Below are positions 48,153 through 58,240 of a DNA stretch of 64,000 nucleotides, piece by piece; within the stretch, counting starts at the first letter, position 1; each line of letters begins with the position of its first letter. The notes beneath the pieces are model-generated. The model searched no databases. It was given only the letters and a program-made list of their open reading frames with translations, and was not told the DNA's origin. Source of the stretch: an uncultured delta proteobacterium (lineage in GTDB: Bacteria > Desulfobacterota > Desulfuromonadia > Geobacterales > Pseudopelobacteraceae); NCBI GenBank assembly GCA_963772835.1, contig CAVYYZ010000011.1, forward strand, positions 192,001 through 256,000, read 5' to 3'. Made by a program: the position numbers and the translations under genes.

Positions 48153-48186
48153 TAACGGGGTTCGGATCCGTCTGATCCCCGTTTTC
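48153..48186 (+). terminator. Hairpin after the acidic protein gene
   Basis: aacgggg...ccccgtt plus T run. Confidence 0.5.
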
Positions 48187-48229
48187 AATTCAAAGATGCA
48201 GATTACTTTCAACCGTTTCAGGGGGGGGT

Positions 48230-49387
48230 ATGCTCCGTAATGCACTTGTAATAATCACGTTCCTGTCAATATTTCAAACAATTTCATGGGGAGCAGAAAA
48301 AGCACCTGTCTTTACGCAAAAAGATTTCGCGAAGATGATACTTCAGACCTTTTCCTGGACGTCCGGTCTTCCCAGCGAACCTGCTGATCGTGACTATCTC
48401 TTGATTCTTGGTGGCAAACGCACGTTTCGGTATGAGGCCGAAAATGCCTACAATGAACAGACGGATCGAGTAACCATGAGGGATTTCCCCCTGTTCGGGG
48501 CATTTACCGGAAAAGGATGGATATTGGGGGTTTCTGATTCAACAAGCACCAACTTTACCATTTTACTGCCTGCTGCCGGTGAATATGAGCTTAAGGGTGT
48601 TTTGAAAGGAAATGGTTTTATCTGGGCAATTGATGATAAAGAGTATCGTGCGGATTCAAATTCGGTGAATTTCCGCGATACGGCCATTGCAAAGGTTTCG
48701 TTACCTGCGGGTATTGTAACTATCAAGGTTACGATTCCTCCTGAGGGAGCCGTAGATTCTTTTTCATTGACGGCATCAGACCATACACCGATACAGCCTT
48801 TTTCCGGTTGGAGATTCAGAGAACCGCTAACCGCTGTGCGGGCGGCAGAAACTCTGGTTGCCCTGACAAACCGGTATGACCGATTGCCTGATTCTGCAAA
48901 AGATGCACCACCCAAAACAATTGCGGTTTTCGAAAAAATTGCCCTTCCACCGGAAGCCGTTACAACAAAAGTCTCTTATCTGGGTCCATTTAGTTCTGCT
49001 GAGTGGGTCCGGGCCGACTACCGTGGGGTGACTCTCAAAATTCCGCTTGTGGTTGCTGCCGCAGGGTATTATGGCCTTACCGTTAATGTCATGGGAGAAA
49101 CAATTACCGGGAATATAAACGATACATCGTTCAGGCTGCCTGCAAAACCTTATCTGAGTAAAGTAAATCTTGGAATCTACCGTCTTGAATCCGGAGATAA
49201 TACTCTTTCGATCTCTCTTCCTCCGACTGGTGGAATCGACACCATCGAATTCAACAAAAAAAGCACTCTGCCGGATGATTTTTTGCGACTGGCCGGAGTT
49301 ACAGGACCTGCGGACCGCTTAATCGGGGCGAAAGAAGCTGCCGCCTTGCTGAAAAAAATTCAGGATTACGTGTCAGTCCGAAAATAA
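48230..49387 (+). CDS. Exported hypothetical protein with two internal beta-sandwich (CBM-like) repeats
   Basis: Signal peptide. The two halves align by eye (AAGEYEL/AAGYYGL; IPPEGAVDSFSL/LPPTGGIDTIEF). Confidence 0.7.
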   Translation: MLRNALVIITFLSIFQTISWGAEKAPVFTQKDFAKMILQTFSWTSGLPSEPADRDYLLILGGKRTFRYEAENAYNEQTDRVTMRDFPLFGAFTGKGWILGVSDSTSTNFTILLPAAGEYELKGVLKGNGFIWAIDDKEYRADSNSVNFRDTAIAKVSLPAGIVTIKVTIPPEGAVDSFSLTASDHTPIQPFSGWRFREPLTAVRAAETLVALTNRYDRLPDSAKDAPPKTIAVFEKIALPPEAVTTKVSYLGPFSSAEWVRADYRGVTLKIPLVVAAAGYYGLTVNVMGETITGNINDTSFRLPAKPYLSKVNLGIYRLESGDNTLSISLPPTGGIDTIEFNKKSTLPDDFLRLAGVTGPADRLIGAKEAAALLKKIQDYVSVRK

Positions 49388-51808
49388 TTGTACTCCATGC
49401 TACGTCGCTGGCCGTTCCTGATCCCATTTGTATTCATGACGGCAGGAATGGCCCTGACTGCATGCTGGGGCTTTACTTCTGATATTACCTCCGTTGCAGC
49501 AGTCTTCTTATGTCTGGTGCTTGCATGTTTTCTGCCGTACCAGTGGGTTTTTTCTGTCTGTTCCGCCCTTTTTTTCTTCTTCTGGGGCCTGTGTGCCCTC
49601 CTTCCATGGTTATCTTATGACCTATCTCCCACTTCTATTCGGGCTAAGGGACATGTCACCCCAATAACAATTGAAGGTGTTATTTCAACACGTCCTACCG
49701 TCGCTCCCGAAGGAAGTCGACTGACTGTTCAGGTAGAACGGATAATCCGCGGAAATCGTCAGGAAACGGTATCCGGTTTACTGCTGCTGTATGTCAGTGA
49801 AGATGATGTAACGTTGGCTCGCGGTGACAGAATCCGCTTTGTTTCACGTATCTCTGTGCCGCGTAGACTCGGACTCCCTGGTGAATTCAATTACCCACGG
49901 TACCTTGCGTTACAAGGTATAACCGCTACCGCCCGTGTTGTATCACAACATGAAATTGTACTTATTCGTGCTGCAGCTGTAGAATCTGTGCAACGCACAA
50001 TTGATCTGACTGCTCGATTTCTGGGTGATGCTATCCGTCGCTCTGTCCCTGATGAACGTGTGTCTTCGATTCTGACAGCGTTACTTGTGGGAGATCAAAG
50101 AAGAATTCCCCGTGACCTGGCAGATGCCTATACGAGAGCGGGGGTCAATCATATCCTTTCAATTTCCGGTTTCCATATCGGTATTATAGCGGCGTTCATA
50201 ACTCTTCTGCTCATATGGTTTCTGACCCGGATTGAATACATCGCACTTCGCTGGAATGTCCGGAGAATTGCAGTATTGATTGCCGTTCCGGTTATGCTGG
50301 CATATCTCTTTCTGACCGGTAATGCACCGGCGACGGCGCGCTCGGTAATTATGCTGACTGTTTTTGCCGTTGCACTGTTCGCCGAGAGGGAACAGGATTC
50401 TGTCAATACACTCCTGCTTGCCGCTTTTTTTCTGGTTGCCGTCAATCCGCCTACCCTTTTTGATGTGTCTTTTCAACTGTCTTTCCTGTCGCTGTGGGGA
50501 ATCCTTATTGCTGTCCCGTTGATCATGAAGTCTGCCGCAACTGTGGACCCTCCCTGGCTGAAGAGCATGATCCAGTTTGTCTCTGTATCAGTTGCCGCAT
50601 CATGCGTAACCCTGCTGCCGGTACTCTATATTTTCAAAGTCGCTTCGCTCAACGGAATTCTGACCAACTTTCTGATTGTGCCGCTACTGGGATATGGTGC
50701 GGTGCTTGCCGGATTCATTGCATTGCCACTGGTGACCCTGTTCCCGGCATGTGCTCCCCTGTTTCTTTGGCCGGCAGCGACTCTGATTGTTATCTCAAAC
50801 CAGTTTATCATGTGGTGCACTTCTCTTCCGATTCTTACCTATCATGGCGTTACCGGTCAGGATTTGTTCTTTTTTCTGCTGTTCATGTTCTGCATGACTT
50901 TCCTCAAGAGCAGGTTTATACGGGTTGTTTCGGGAGTATTGATACCGATCAGCGCCTGTGCTCTTCATCTGTATTCTGCCTCAGTTACGGATGGACGTCT
51001 CCACATTACGATGCTCAGCGTAGGACAGGCGGAATCGTTGCTGGTACGACTGCCGGATGGATCGACTCTGCTTGTGGATGGTGGCGGATACCTCCACGAC
51101 ACAGGCCAGGACTTCGGACAGCGGATTTTGACCCCGGCGTTGGGAGCTCTTCATGTCGGGCGGGTTGACAGGATGATAGCCACACATAATCATCCCGATC
51201 ATAGCGGCGGTCTCCCTTTTGTTATAAAAAACCTCGCCGTTGGAGAGTTCTGGAGCGGGACTGATGTGTCTGCCGAAATACGGAACGAACTGATAAACAA
51301 GGGAGTTCCGTTGCGTACATTAGTTGTCGGAGACGTGATCTCGTTGCCCGGTCCGGTTATATTTACTGTTCTTTCCCCGGCAGAAATAGTACGAACGGCT
51401 GCTGATAGTGACGAGTCGAGCGTAAATGAACAGTCGCTTGTGTTTCGTCTCAGTTATGGCAGTTTCAGCATGATATTCTGTGCAGATGCCGGTTTTGAGG
51501 CTGAACAGCGAATGCTTGCCGGTCGGCATGATCTGAGATCGACGGTACTTAAAGTTGGACATCATGGAAGTCGCTACTCGACATCAGCAGAATTTCTTGA
51601 ACGGGTACACCCGAAAATGGCACTCATTTCTGCCGGCGCCGGAAACCGGTTTGGCCTCCCGTCGTTTCATACTGTTGATCTGCTGAGGTCAAAAGGGATT
51701 CCGCTGTATCGTACGGATCGTGACGGAACGATCCTGCTTGTTACGGATGGCGACAGTTGGTCTGTTACAACTCCCTATAACCCGAATGACGTTGACTACA
51801 TACACTGA
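49388..51808 (+). CDS. comEC: DNA uptake channel ComEC/Rec2
   Basis: OB domain, HILSISGFHIG, SFQLSF, and a C-terminal MBL domain (VGQAES, THNHPDH, KVGHHGS). Confidence 0.93.
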   Translation: MYSMLRRWPFLIPFVFMTAGMALTACWGFTSDITSVAAVFLCLVLACFLPYQWVFSVCSALFFFFWGLCALLPWLSYDLSPTSIRAKGHVTPITIEGVISTRPTVAPEGSRLTVQVERIIRGNRQETVSGLLLLYVSEDDVTLARGDRIRFVSRISVPRRLGLPGEFNYPRYLALQGITATARVVSQHEIVLIRAAAVESVQRTIDLTARFLGDAIRRSVPDERVSSILTALLVGDQRRIPRDLADAYTRAGVNHILSISGFHIGIIAAFITLLLIWFLTRIEYIALRWNVRRIAVLIAVPVMLAYLFLTGNAPATARSVIMLTVFAVALFAEREQDSVNTLLLAAFFLVAVNPPTLFDVSFQLSFLSLWGILIAVPLIMKSAATVDPPWLKSMIQFVSVSVAASCVTLLPVLYIFKVASLNGILTNFLIVPLLGYGAVLAGFIALPLVTLFPACAPLFLWPAATLIVISNQFIMWCTSLPILTYHGVTGQDLFFFLLFMFCMTFLKSRFIRVVSGVLIPISACALHLYSASVTDGRLHITMLSVGQAESLLVRLPDGSTLLVDGGGYLHDTGQDFGQRILTPALGALHVGRVDRMIATHNHPDHSGGLPFVIKNLAVGEFWSGTDVSAEIRNELINKGVPLRTLVVGDVISLPGPVIFTVLSPAEIVRTAADSDESSVNEQSLVFRLSYGSFSMIFCADAGFEAEQRMLAGRHDLRSTVLKVGHHGSRYSTSAEFLERVHPKMALISAGAGNRFGLPSFHTVDLLRSKGIPLYRTDRDGTILLVTDGDSWSVTTPYNPNDVDYIH

Positions 51809-51865
51809 AATAGAGTACATGTACTAAGGTAACTCAATGATATTTCCTATATCGGGCGACGTCAA

Positions 51866-53224
51866 ATGGATATAATCCTATTAGTGGAAGATGACCGGTT
51901 TTTTCGTGAAATGTTCTCCAATCTGTTACAAGCTGAAGGGTATCAGGTCGAGACAGCTTCATGCGGGAGAGATGGTCTTGAAATGCTCGCTAATGGGCAG
52001 TATTCATTGGTCATTACCGATCTGGTCATGCCTGATATCAGTGGACTTGAGATCTTGTCGCGAGTTCGTGAAACCCATCCGACGGTGGATGTCATCATGG
52101 TTACCGGTAATGCGAATCTTGAGTCTGCAATTGTTGCTCTCAAGCTTGGTGCCCGTGATTATCTCGTAAAACCGGTTAATCCTGATGAATTCAAGCATTC
52201 CGTTGCCAAGTGTATCCAGCAGCGTCATCTCCTTGATGAAAATGAAGAGCTTAAAAACATGTTGTCACTGTTTCGGGCCATCCAGGCCATCTCCGGCTGC
52301 CTGGACGTTGAACATCTCTATCACTTGCTGGTTGAGGCGGTCGCGCGGGAAGTGGGGCTCATCCGCACTATCGGATTATTTATGGTAGAGGGCGCTCTGG
52401 AAATTAAGGCAGCCAAAGGAATTACTCCTGCTCTCTGTGCGTCCCTGACAGAAGAAATTAAAACACGCCTCATCTCATCGCCTAACACTGATCTTTCCGT
52501 CGAGCACCTGTCTCTTTCAGCAAAGTACAGCTCTGAAGGCTTCTCGGAAGCCTTATTAATTCCGTTTTACCGCAATTCAGTGCCGTTCGGTATGATTGTG
52601 CTTCTGAATAACGTTTCCTGCCCGCTTCCTGATGTCGGGAAAAACAAGAAGAATATTCTGTTTTTGATCGAACAGTCTTTGCGTGCTTTTACGAATGCTG
52701 AAACATTTTCCAAGGCGAATGATCTGCTGTTTATAGATGATATAAGCGGTCTGTATAATCATCGCTATCTAGAAATTGCCCTTGAACGTGAAATGAGGCG
52801 CGTAGAGCGGTATGCTTCGCATTTGGCGGTTCTTTTTATCGACGTTGATTCATTCAAGAATGTAAACGATATTCATGGACACATGGTCGGCAGCCGGGTG
52901 CTTGCAGAATTCGGAGCTTTGATCAAAAAAACAGTGAGAGATGTGGATATCGTTATCCGTTACGGCGGAGATGAATATACCGCCATACTTGTTGAGACGG
53001 CTTGTGAAACTGCTGAGATGGTTGCCGAGCGAGTCCGCCGGCAGGTTGAGTCCCACCCTTTTATGGGGGGAGAGGGGCAGATCATCCGTTTGACCTGCAG
53101 TATCGGGTACGCCTGTTGTCCTGATGATACAGCATCAAAGGATGTACTGCTTGAAATGGCTGACAGGGCAATGTATGCCGGTAAAACATCCGGAAAAAAC
53201 TGCGTACGGCGCGTAGTCTCCTGA
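51866..53224 (+). CDS. gacA: REC-GGDEF Hypr-type dinucleotide cyclase (GacA orthologue; likely 3',3'-cGAMP synthase)
   Basis: N-terminal REC, GGDEY and I-site RDVD. GHMVGS has Ser where c-di-GMP cyclases have Asp. Lies between comEC and hisS, as recalled for GSU1658. Confidence 0.85.
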   Translation: MDIILLVEDDRFFREMFSNLLQAEGYQVETASCGRDGLEMLANGQYSLVITDLVMPDISGLEILSRVRETHPTVDVIMVTGNANLESAIVALKLGARDYLVKPVNPDEFKHSVAKCIQQRHLLDENEELKNMLSLFRAIQAISGCLDVEHLYHLLVEAVAREVGLIRTIGLFMVEGALEIKAAKGITPALCASLTEEIKTRLISSPNTDLSVEHLSLSAKYSSEGFSEALLIPFYRNSVPFGMIVLLNNVSCPLPDVGKNKKNILFLIEQSLRAFTNAETFSKANDLLFIDDISGLYNHRYLEIALEREMRRVERYASHLAVLFIDVDSFKNVNDIHGHMVGSRVLAEFGALIKKTVRDVDIVIRYGGDEYTAILVETACETAEMVAERVRRQVESHPFMGGEGQIIRLTCSIGYACCPDDTASKDVLLEMADRAMYAGKTSGKNCVRRVVS

Positions 53225-53311
53225 TCGATTCAAAATAAGTACGAGTCCGGGCCTGTTATTATGCCGTGCAGTCCGGACTTTTTACGTTGTATCTATTTTA
53301 TGAGGTGATCT

Positions 53312-54567
53312 GTGGCACTTACAGCGGTTAAAGGTTTTAATGATATTCTGCCGGTTGAATCCGGCCGCTGGCAGTATATTGAACAGACTGCCCGCCGGGT
53401 TTTTGAGCTGAATGGTTTTGGTGAAATCAGGGTTCCGGTGCTTGAAAAAACCGAACTTTTCTGTCGCTCCATCGGCGATGCCACTGATATCGTGGAAAAA
53501 GAGATGTATTCTTTTACTGACAAGGGTGAAAACAGCGTCACACTCCGTCCGGAAGGGACCGCCGGAGTTATGCGCGCGTTCATCGAACATAAGCTGTATG
53601 CACAGGACCCGGTTGCAAAATTATATTATCTGGGTCCTATGTTCCGCTATGAGCGTCCCCAAAAAGGTCGCTACCGGCAGTTCCATCAGATCGGCGCCGA
53701 AATTACCGGCGTTCACGATCCGCTGGCAGATGCTCAGGTTTTGAATATGCTGACGTCTTTTTTTCGCGAAATCGGATTGACTGAGCCGGCTCTGCAGATA
53801 AATTCACTCGGTTGTCCGGAATGCCGTCCTGCCTACCGCTCGGCGTTGCGAAGCTTTCTGGAAGAGCGGTCGGGTCAGCTCTGCGACGATTGCATACGGC
53901 GTTGTGCCACTAATCCGCTCCGTGCTTTGGACTGCAAGGTTCCAGGATGTATGGCGGCAACTGTCGGGGCTCCTTCAGTACTGGATCATCTCTGTAGCAA
54001 TTGTGACGAACATTTCAGCAGCGTCCGGCGTTATCTTGACCTTTCGTCCACCCCGTACAGCATCAATTGTCGTATGGTGCGGGGTCTTGACTATTATACC
54101 CGCACGACCTTCGAAATGGTTACCGGCCTGCTTGGTTCTCAATCTGCTGTTGCGGCCGGAGGCCGCTATGATGGGCTGATCACGGAGTTGGGAGGTCCTG
54201 ACATACCCGGAATCGGCTTTGCGATGGGTCTTGAAAGGGTTGCACTGCTGCTTGGAAACCAGGAGTTTTCCTCTCACCCTGATCTGTTCATCGCAACCAT
54301 GGGGGAGGGGAGCGTGACACCGCATTCTGCCTGATGGATGGTCTGTTGAAGTCCGGTGTTCGCGTCGAGATGGATTACGAAGGGAAAAGTCTAAAGAGTC
54401 AGATGCGACGGGCTGATAAGATCAAGGCACGCTACAGTGTTGTAATCGGTGAAAATGAGGCGGCGTCTGGACGAGCCGTCTTCAAGCGGATGGCAGATGG
54501 ATTTCAGGTTGAAGAGGCGCTGTCTGTCGCCGGTATCCAGTCGCTTGTCAGGAAACCGTTACAGTGA
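53312..54567 (+). CDS. hisS: Histidyl-tRNA synthetase split by a 1-nt deletion in a G run near 54307-54310 (probable sequencing error or pseudogene)
   Basis: [28 protein letters not shown] and GGRYD lie in frame 1. The anticodon domain ([18 protein letters not shown]) continues in another frame. Adding one G restores [15 protein letters not shown]. Confidence 0.93.
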
Positions 54568-55595
54568 CGGACTCCCGCACTATTCGCACAATCACCCCTG
54601 AAAAACGGGATGATGACTCCCAGTATGACGCTACGCTGCGCCCTCGTTCCTTTGATGACTACATTGGTCAGGAAAAGATTAAGAACAATCTTCGCCTGTT
54701 TATTGATGCCGCCAAGGGGAGGGGTGAAGCGCTTGATCATGTTCTGTTGTATGGCCCGCCAGGACTTGGCAAAACGACGCTGGCCAACATCATTGCCTGT
54801 GAGATGGGAGTCAACATCAAGTCCACTTCAGGGCCGGTTATTGAACGACCGGGTGATCTGGCGGCCATTCTCACTAATCTTGAACCGCATGACGTCCTCT
54901 TTATCGATGAAATTCACCGGATCTCCCATATAGTTGAAGAAATCCTGTATCCGGCGATGGAGGATTATCAACTCGATATCATCATCGGCCAGGGGCCGAG
55001 CGCCCGTTCTATCAAACTGGATCTTCCCCGTTTTACACTCGTGGGTGCCACCACCCGGGCCGGACTCCTTTCTTCACCGCTGCGTGATCGGTTTGGTGTT
55101 ATTTCCCGACTTGAATTTTACACATATGACGAACTGTCCACAATTATCTGCCGCTCGTCCGGTATTCTGGGGATGGAAATCGATCCTCACGGAGCCTCGG
55201 AGCTTGCCCGACGCAGTCGGGGTACTCCCCGGATTGCAAACCGACTGCTTCGCCGTGTGCGCGACTATGCCCAGGTGCGGGCCGATGGAGTCATCACTCT
55301 CGATGTTGTGCGCAAAACACTGAAGCTGCTTGAAATAGACGAATTGGGTTTTGACCAGATGGATCGCATGATCCTGCTCACAATTATTGATAAATTCGGA
55401 GGCGGGCCGGTAGGTCTGGACACCATTGCTGCTGCTATCAGTGAAGAGAGTGATACTATAGAGGATGTCTACGAACCGTTCCTTATCCAGAACGGATTTA
55501 TCAACCGTACCCCGCGAGGCAGAGTGGCTACCCGTGCCGCCTACCTGCATTTCGGCCGGATCGCTCCGGAATCCTCCCAGGCGAACCTGTTTTAG
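54564..55595 (+). CDS. ruvB: Holliday junction branch-migration helicase RuvB
   Basis: [44 protein letters not shown]. Confidence 0.97.
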   Translation: MTDSRTIRTITPEKRDDDSQYDATLRPRSFDDYIGQEKIKNNLRLFIDAAKGRGEALDHVLLYGPPGLGKTTLANIIACEMGVNIKSTSGPVIERPGDLAAILTNLEPHDVLFIDEIHRISHIVEEILYPAMEDYQLDIIIGQGPSARSIKLDLPRFTLVGATTRAGLLSSPLRDRFGVISRLEFYTYDELSTIICRSSGILGMEIDPHGASELARRSRGTPRIANRLLRRVRDYAQVRADGVITLDVVRKTLKLLEIDELGFDQMDRMILLTIIDKFGGGPVGLDTIAAAISEESDTIEDVYEPFLIQNGFINRTPRGRVATRAAYLHFGRIAPESSQANLF

Positions 55596-55596
55596 C

Positions 55597-56295
55597 ATGC
55601 AGCAGTTTTTTGATTTTCCAGTTGTCCCGAGTTTCAGTTTTGACACCTTTATCCCCTGTGAGGGAAACTCTGCTGCACTGCGGTTTGCACTGAGGATTGC
55701 CGATTCTTCTGATCCCGAGTGCCTGCTGTATCTTTACGGACCTTCCGGTTCCGGCAAGACCCATCTACTCCGTTCCATTGCCGGCAGCAATTTTCCCTAC
55801 CTTTCTCTATCCGAGGCGATTACCCCTGAACGTCTCGTCTCGACATTCAGCACTGCCGCCGGATTAGTGGTGGATGACCTACAGAATATGCCGGATGATC
55901 CTGACCTGCGCAGGGCGTTGTGGCAGCTTTTCAATGATTTTCACACATCAGGCCGCACGATAGCCATGGCGGGAGCACCGCCGCCTCGCGAGTTGACCAC
56001 AATGGATGAGCATCTGACTTCACGGCTGTTGTGGGGGCTTGTCGCACGCCTCGACACGTCGGATGACAACTCGCGGAGAATGATTATCAAAAAGGTGGCT
56101 GATGACCACCAAATCAGAATACCCGATGAAGTGATAGACTATGTCCTGACTACAACCAGCCGTGAGGTCGGTGAATTAATTGCCGGTTTTCACCGTCTGT
56201 ATCGCTTCTCGATGGCCGAAAAACGGCGGATCACACTGCCGCTTGCCCGGGAAGTGCGTGAAATGACTTTGACGGAAACACACAGGGAGAACTGA
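55597..56295 (+). CDS. DnaA/Hda-family AAA+ protein
   Basis: Clamp-binding-like MQQFFDF, YGPSGSGKTHLL, VVDD, LTSRLLWG. No DnaA domain IV. Start at ATG 55597. Confidence 0.85.
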   Translation: MQQFFDFPVVPSFSFDTFIPCEGNSAALRFALRIADSSDPECLLYLYGPSGSGKTHLLRSIAGSNFPYLSLSEAITPERLVSTFSTAAGLVVDDLQNMPDDPDLRRALWQLFNDFHTSGRTIAMAGAPPPRELTTMDEHLTSRLLWGLVARLDTSDDNSRRMIIKKVADDHQIRIPDEVIDYVLTTTSREVGELIAGFHRLYRFSMAEKRRITLPLAREVREMTLTETHREN

Positions 56296-57134
56296 TGCTT
56301 CAGGTCGGAAACTATAATCTGCTTACAATTGTCCGCATCACCGCATCCGGAGCTGTCTTCACGTCTGCCGAAGGAGAGGTGCTGCTTCCGTTGCGCCTCC
56401 TCCCGAAAGATGCAGAGGCGGGTTCGCAATTGAATGTTTTTGTTTATATTGATTCTGACGGGCGTTTGACTGCCACGACCAAAAGAGCGCGTGCTGTTGT
56501 GGGTGAATTTGCGCTCCTGAAGGTTGTGGAGGCGACAACGGTCGGAGCCTTTCTAGACTGGGGTCTGGAAAAAGACCTGCTCCTGCCGTTCGGTGAGCAG
56601 ATGGAACCGGTCAGGAGAGGGAACCAGGTTCCGGTTCATATTTTTTTGCATAGTAGCGGACGGATTGCGGCGTCGGCAAAACTTGATAAATTCATCACTC
56701 CGGTGGATGACAGCGTTTCGGAGGGCGATGAAGTTGAATTGCTGGTCTATGCCTTCACTGAACTTGGTGCCAAGGTTATTATCAATAACCGCTTCGGCGG
56801 ACTGATATTTCATACGGAGATGGCTGCCAAACCGCTCTGTGGTGAGCGTCTGCGCGGCTTCGTCAAAAAAATCAGGGATGATGGCAAGGTAGATGTCACA
56901 CTGCGCAAGGGGGGTGCCACAGAGGCTGCAGAAGATCGCGGCAAAGTTCTGGATGCTCTGGCAGCCCACGACGGCTTTCTCCCTTTGACGGATAAAAGCT
57001 CTCCTGAAGCGATTGCATCACTCCTTCGCTTGAGCAAAAAGAGCTTCAAAAAAGCGCTCGGCGGATTGTACAAAGAGGGAGCTGTAAACATAGCCGCTGA
57101 TGGAATAAGACTGCGCAGCGTACAAACGACATAA
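56295..57134 (+). CDS. cvfB: CvfB-family S1/winged-helix RNA-binding protein
   Basis: GAFLDWGLEKDLLLP, DKSSPE.I, SKKSFKKALGGLYK. Confidence 0.9.
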   Translation: MLQVGNYNLLTIVRITASGAVFTSAEGEVLLPLRLLPKDAEAGSQLNVFVYIDSDGRLTATTKRARAVVGEFALLKVVEATTVGAFLDWGLEKDLLLPFGEQMEPVRRGNQVPVHIFLHSSGRIAASAKLDKFITPVDDSVSEGDEVELLVYAFTELGAKVIINNRFGGLIFHTEMAAKPLCGERLRGFVKKIRDDGKVDVTLRKGGATEAAEDRGKVLDALAAHDGFLPLTDKSSPEAIASLLRLSKKSFKKALGGLYKEGAVNIAADGIRLRSVQTT

Positions 57135-57138
57135 CATA

Positions 57139-57153
57139 AGACAATTATTATCA
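57139..57153. promoter_or_regulatory. Fur-family 7-1-7 box upstream of the metal ABC operon
   Basis: AGACAAT-T-ATTATCA matches TGATAAT-N-ATTATCA at 12 of 14 positions. Confidence 0.4.
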
Positions 57154-57277
57154 CGCGACGTTTCACCGGAGAAACGCTGTAACATCATGAAATTATTTTG
57201 AGTAAAGAACATTCATCGCGTTGTTGCGTGAAATATGCTTTCAGTCTGTCCTGTTTACGGAACGTGAAGGAAATAAT

Positions 57278-58240
57278 GTGAAAATTCGGATTTCTATAGT
57301 AGTCGTGGTGGTGTCATGTTGCGCTCTCGTACTCATCACCGGCTGTAAAAAGGCTGGTGAGAAGCCTGTTGCCGGCTTGCAGGTGGTCACCACCCTGTTT
57401 CCTCTGTATGACTTTGCCCGTTCGATTGCCGGCGACAGGGCACAGGTCACCATGCTGCTCCCCCCCGGTGTAGAGCCGCACACCTTTGAACCGAAGCCGG
57501 AGGACATGATCAGGATAAGCCGAGCCGGGCTGTTTATCTACACCAGCAGATACATGGAGCCGTGGGCGGAAAAAATCATCACCGGTATTGATAGCAGGAC
57601 TCTCCGCGTTGTTAACGCCGGAGAGAGAGTCAGCTATCGGGCAGTCGTGAGAGAAGATATACATGGTAACAGCCGGAAAGAGCACGGCAGGCATGGCCAT
57701 GATGAAGAAGGAATGGATCCGCATATCTGGCTTGATTTTGACAACGCAGCACGTATAGTTGATGTAATTCTTGACGGATTTATCGCCGCAGATCCTCGCA
57801 ATGCTGACCTGTACCGTCAAAATGCGGAAGCATTGAAAACCAGACTGTCTGCACTCGATCGGCGCTACCGGGACAGCCTTTCAACCTGCTCGACCAAGAT
57901 ACTACTGCATGGCGGCCATTATACATTTGGCTATCTTGCGGGCCGTTACGGCCTTGAGTATCACGCTCTCAGCGGCGTTTCCTCAGATTCCGAGCCCTCT
58001 GCAGAGCGAATGGTTGCACTTGTAAAAGAAATCAGGTCCTCCGGCGCCAGATACCTGTTTGCTGAAGAGCTGCTGTCGCCACGTCTAACCGAAGCGCTTG
58101 CACAGGAGGCGGGGGTAGGGGTGCTGATGCTTCACGGAGCTCATAACCTGTCACGGGATGACCTGTCACGGAATGTTACCTTTTTTGATCTGATGGATCG
58201 TAATTTGGCACAGCTGCAGAAAGGGCTTTTATGCCGGTAA
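57278..58240 (+). CDS. znuA: Zn/Mn ABC transporter substrate-binding lipoprotein
   Basis: Lipobox ITGC, EPHTFEP, His-rich loop, DPHIWL. GTG start at 57278. Confidence 0.9.
   Translation: MKIRISIVVVVVSCCALVLITGCKKAGEKPVAGLQVVTTLFPLYDFARSIAGDRAQVTMLLPPGVEPHTFEPKPEDMIRISRAGLFIYTSRYMEPWAEKIITGIDSRTLRVVNAGERVSYRAVVREDIHGNSRKEHGRHGHDEEGMDPHIWLDFDNAARIVDVILDGFIAADPRNADLYRQNAEALKTRLSALDRRYRDSLSTCSTKILLHGGHYTFGYLAGRYGLEYHALSGVSSDSEPSAERMVALVKEIRSSGARYLFAEELLSPRLTEALAQEAGVGVLMLHGAHNLSRDDLSRNVTFFDLMDRNLAQLQKGLLCR

Noticed and set aside
58146..58175. 15-bp direct repeat (acctgtcacgggatg / acctgtcacggaatg) as an insertion scar
   Set aside because: It encodes NLSRDDLSRN in an intact znuA C-terminus, with no associated element.
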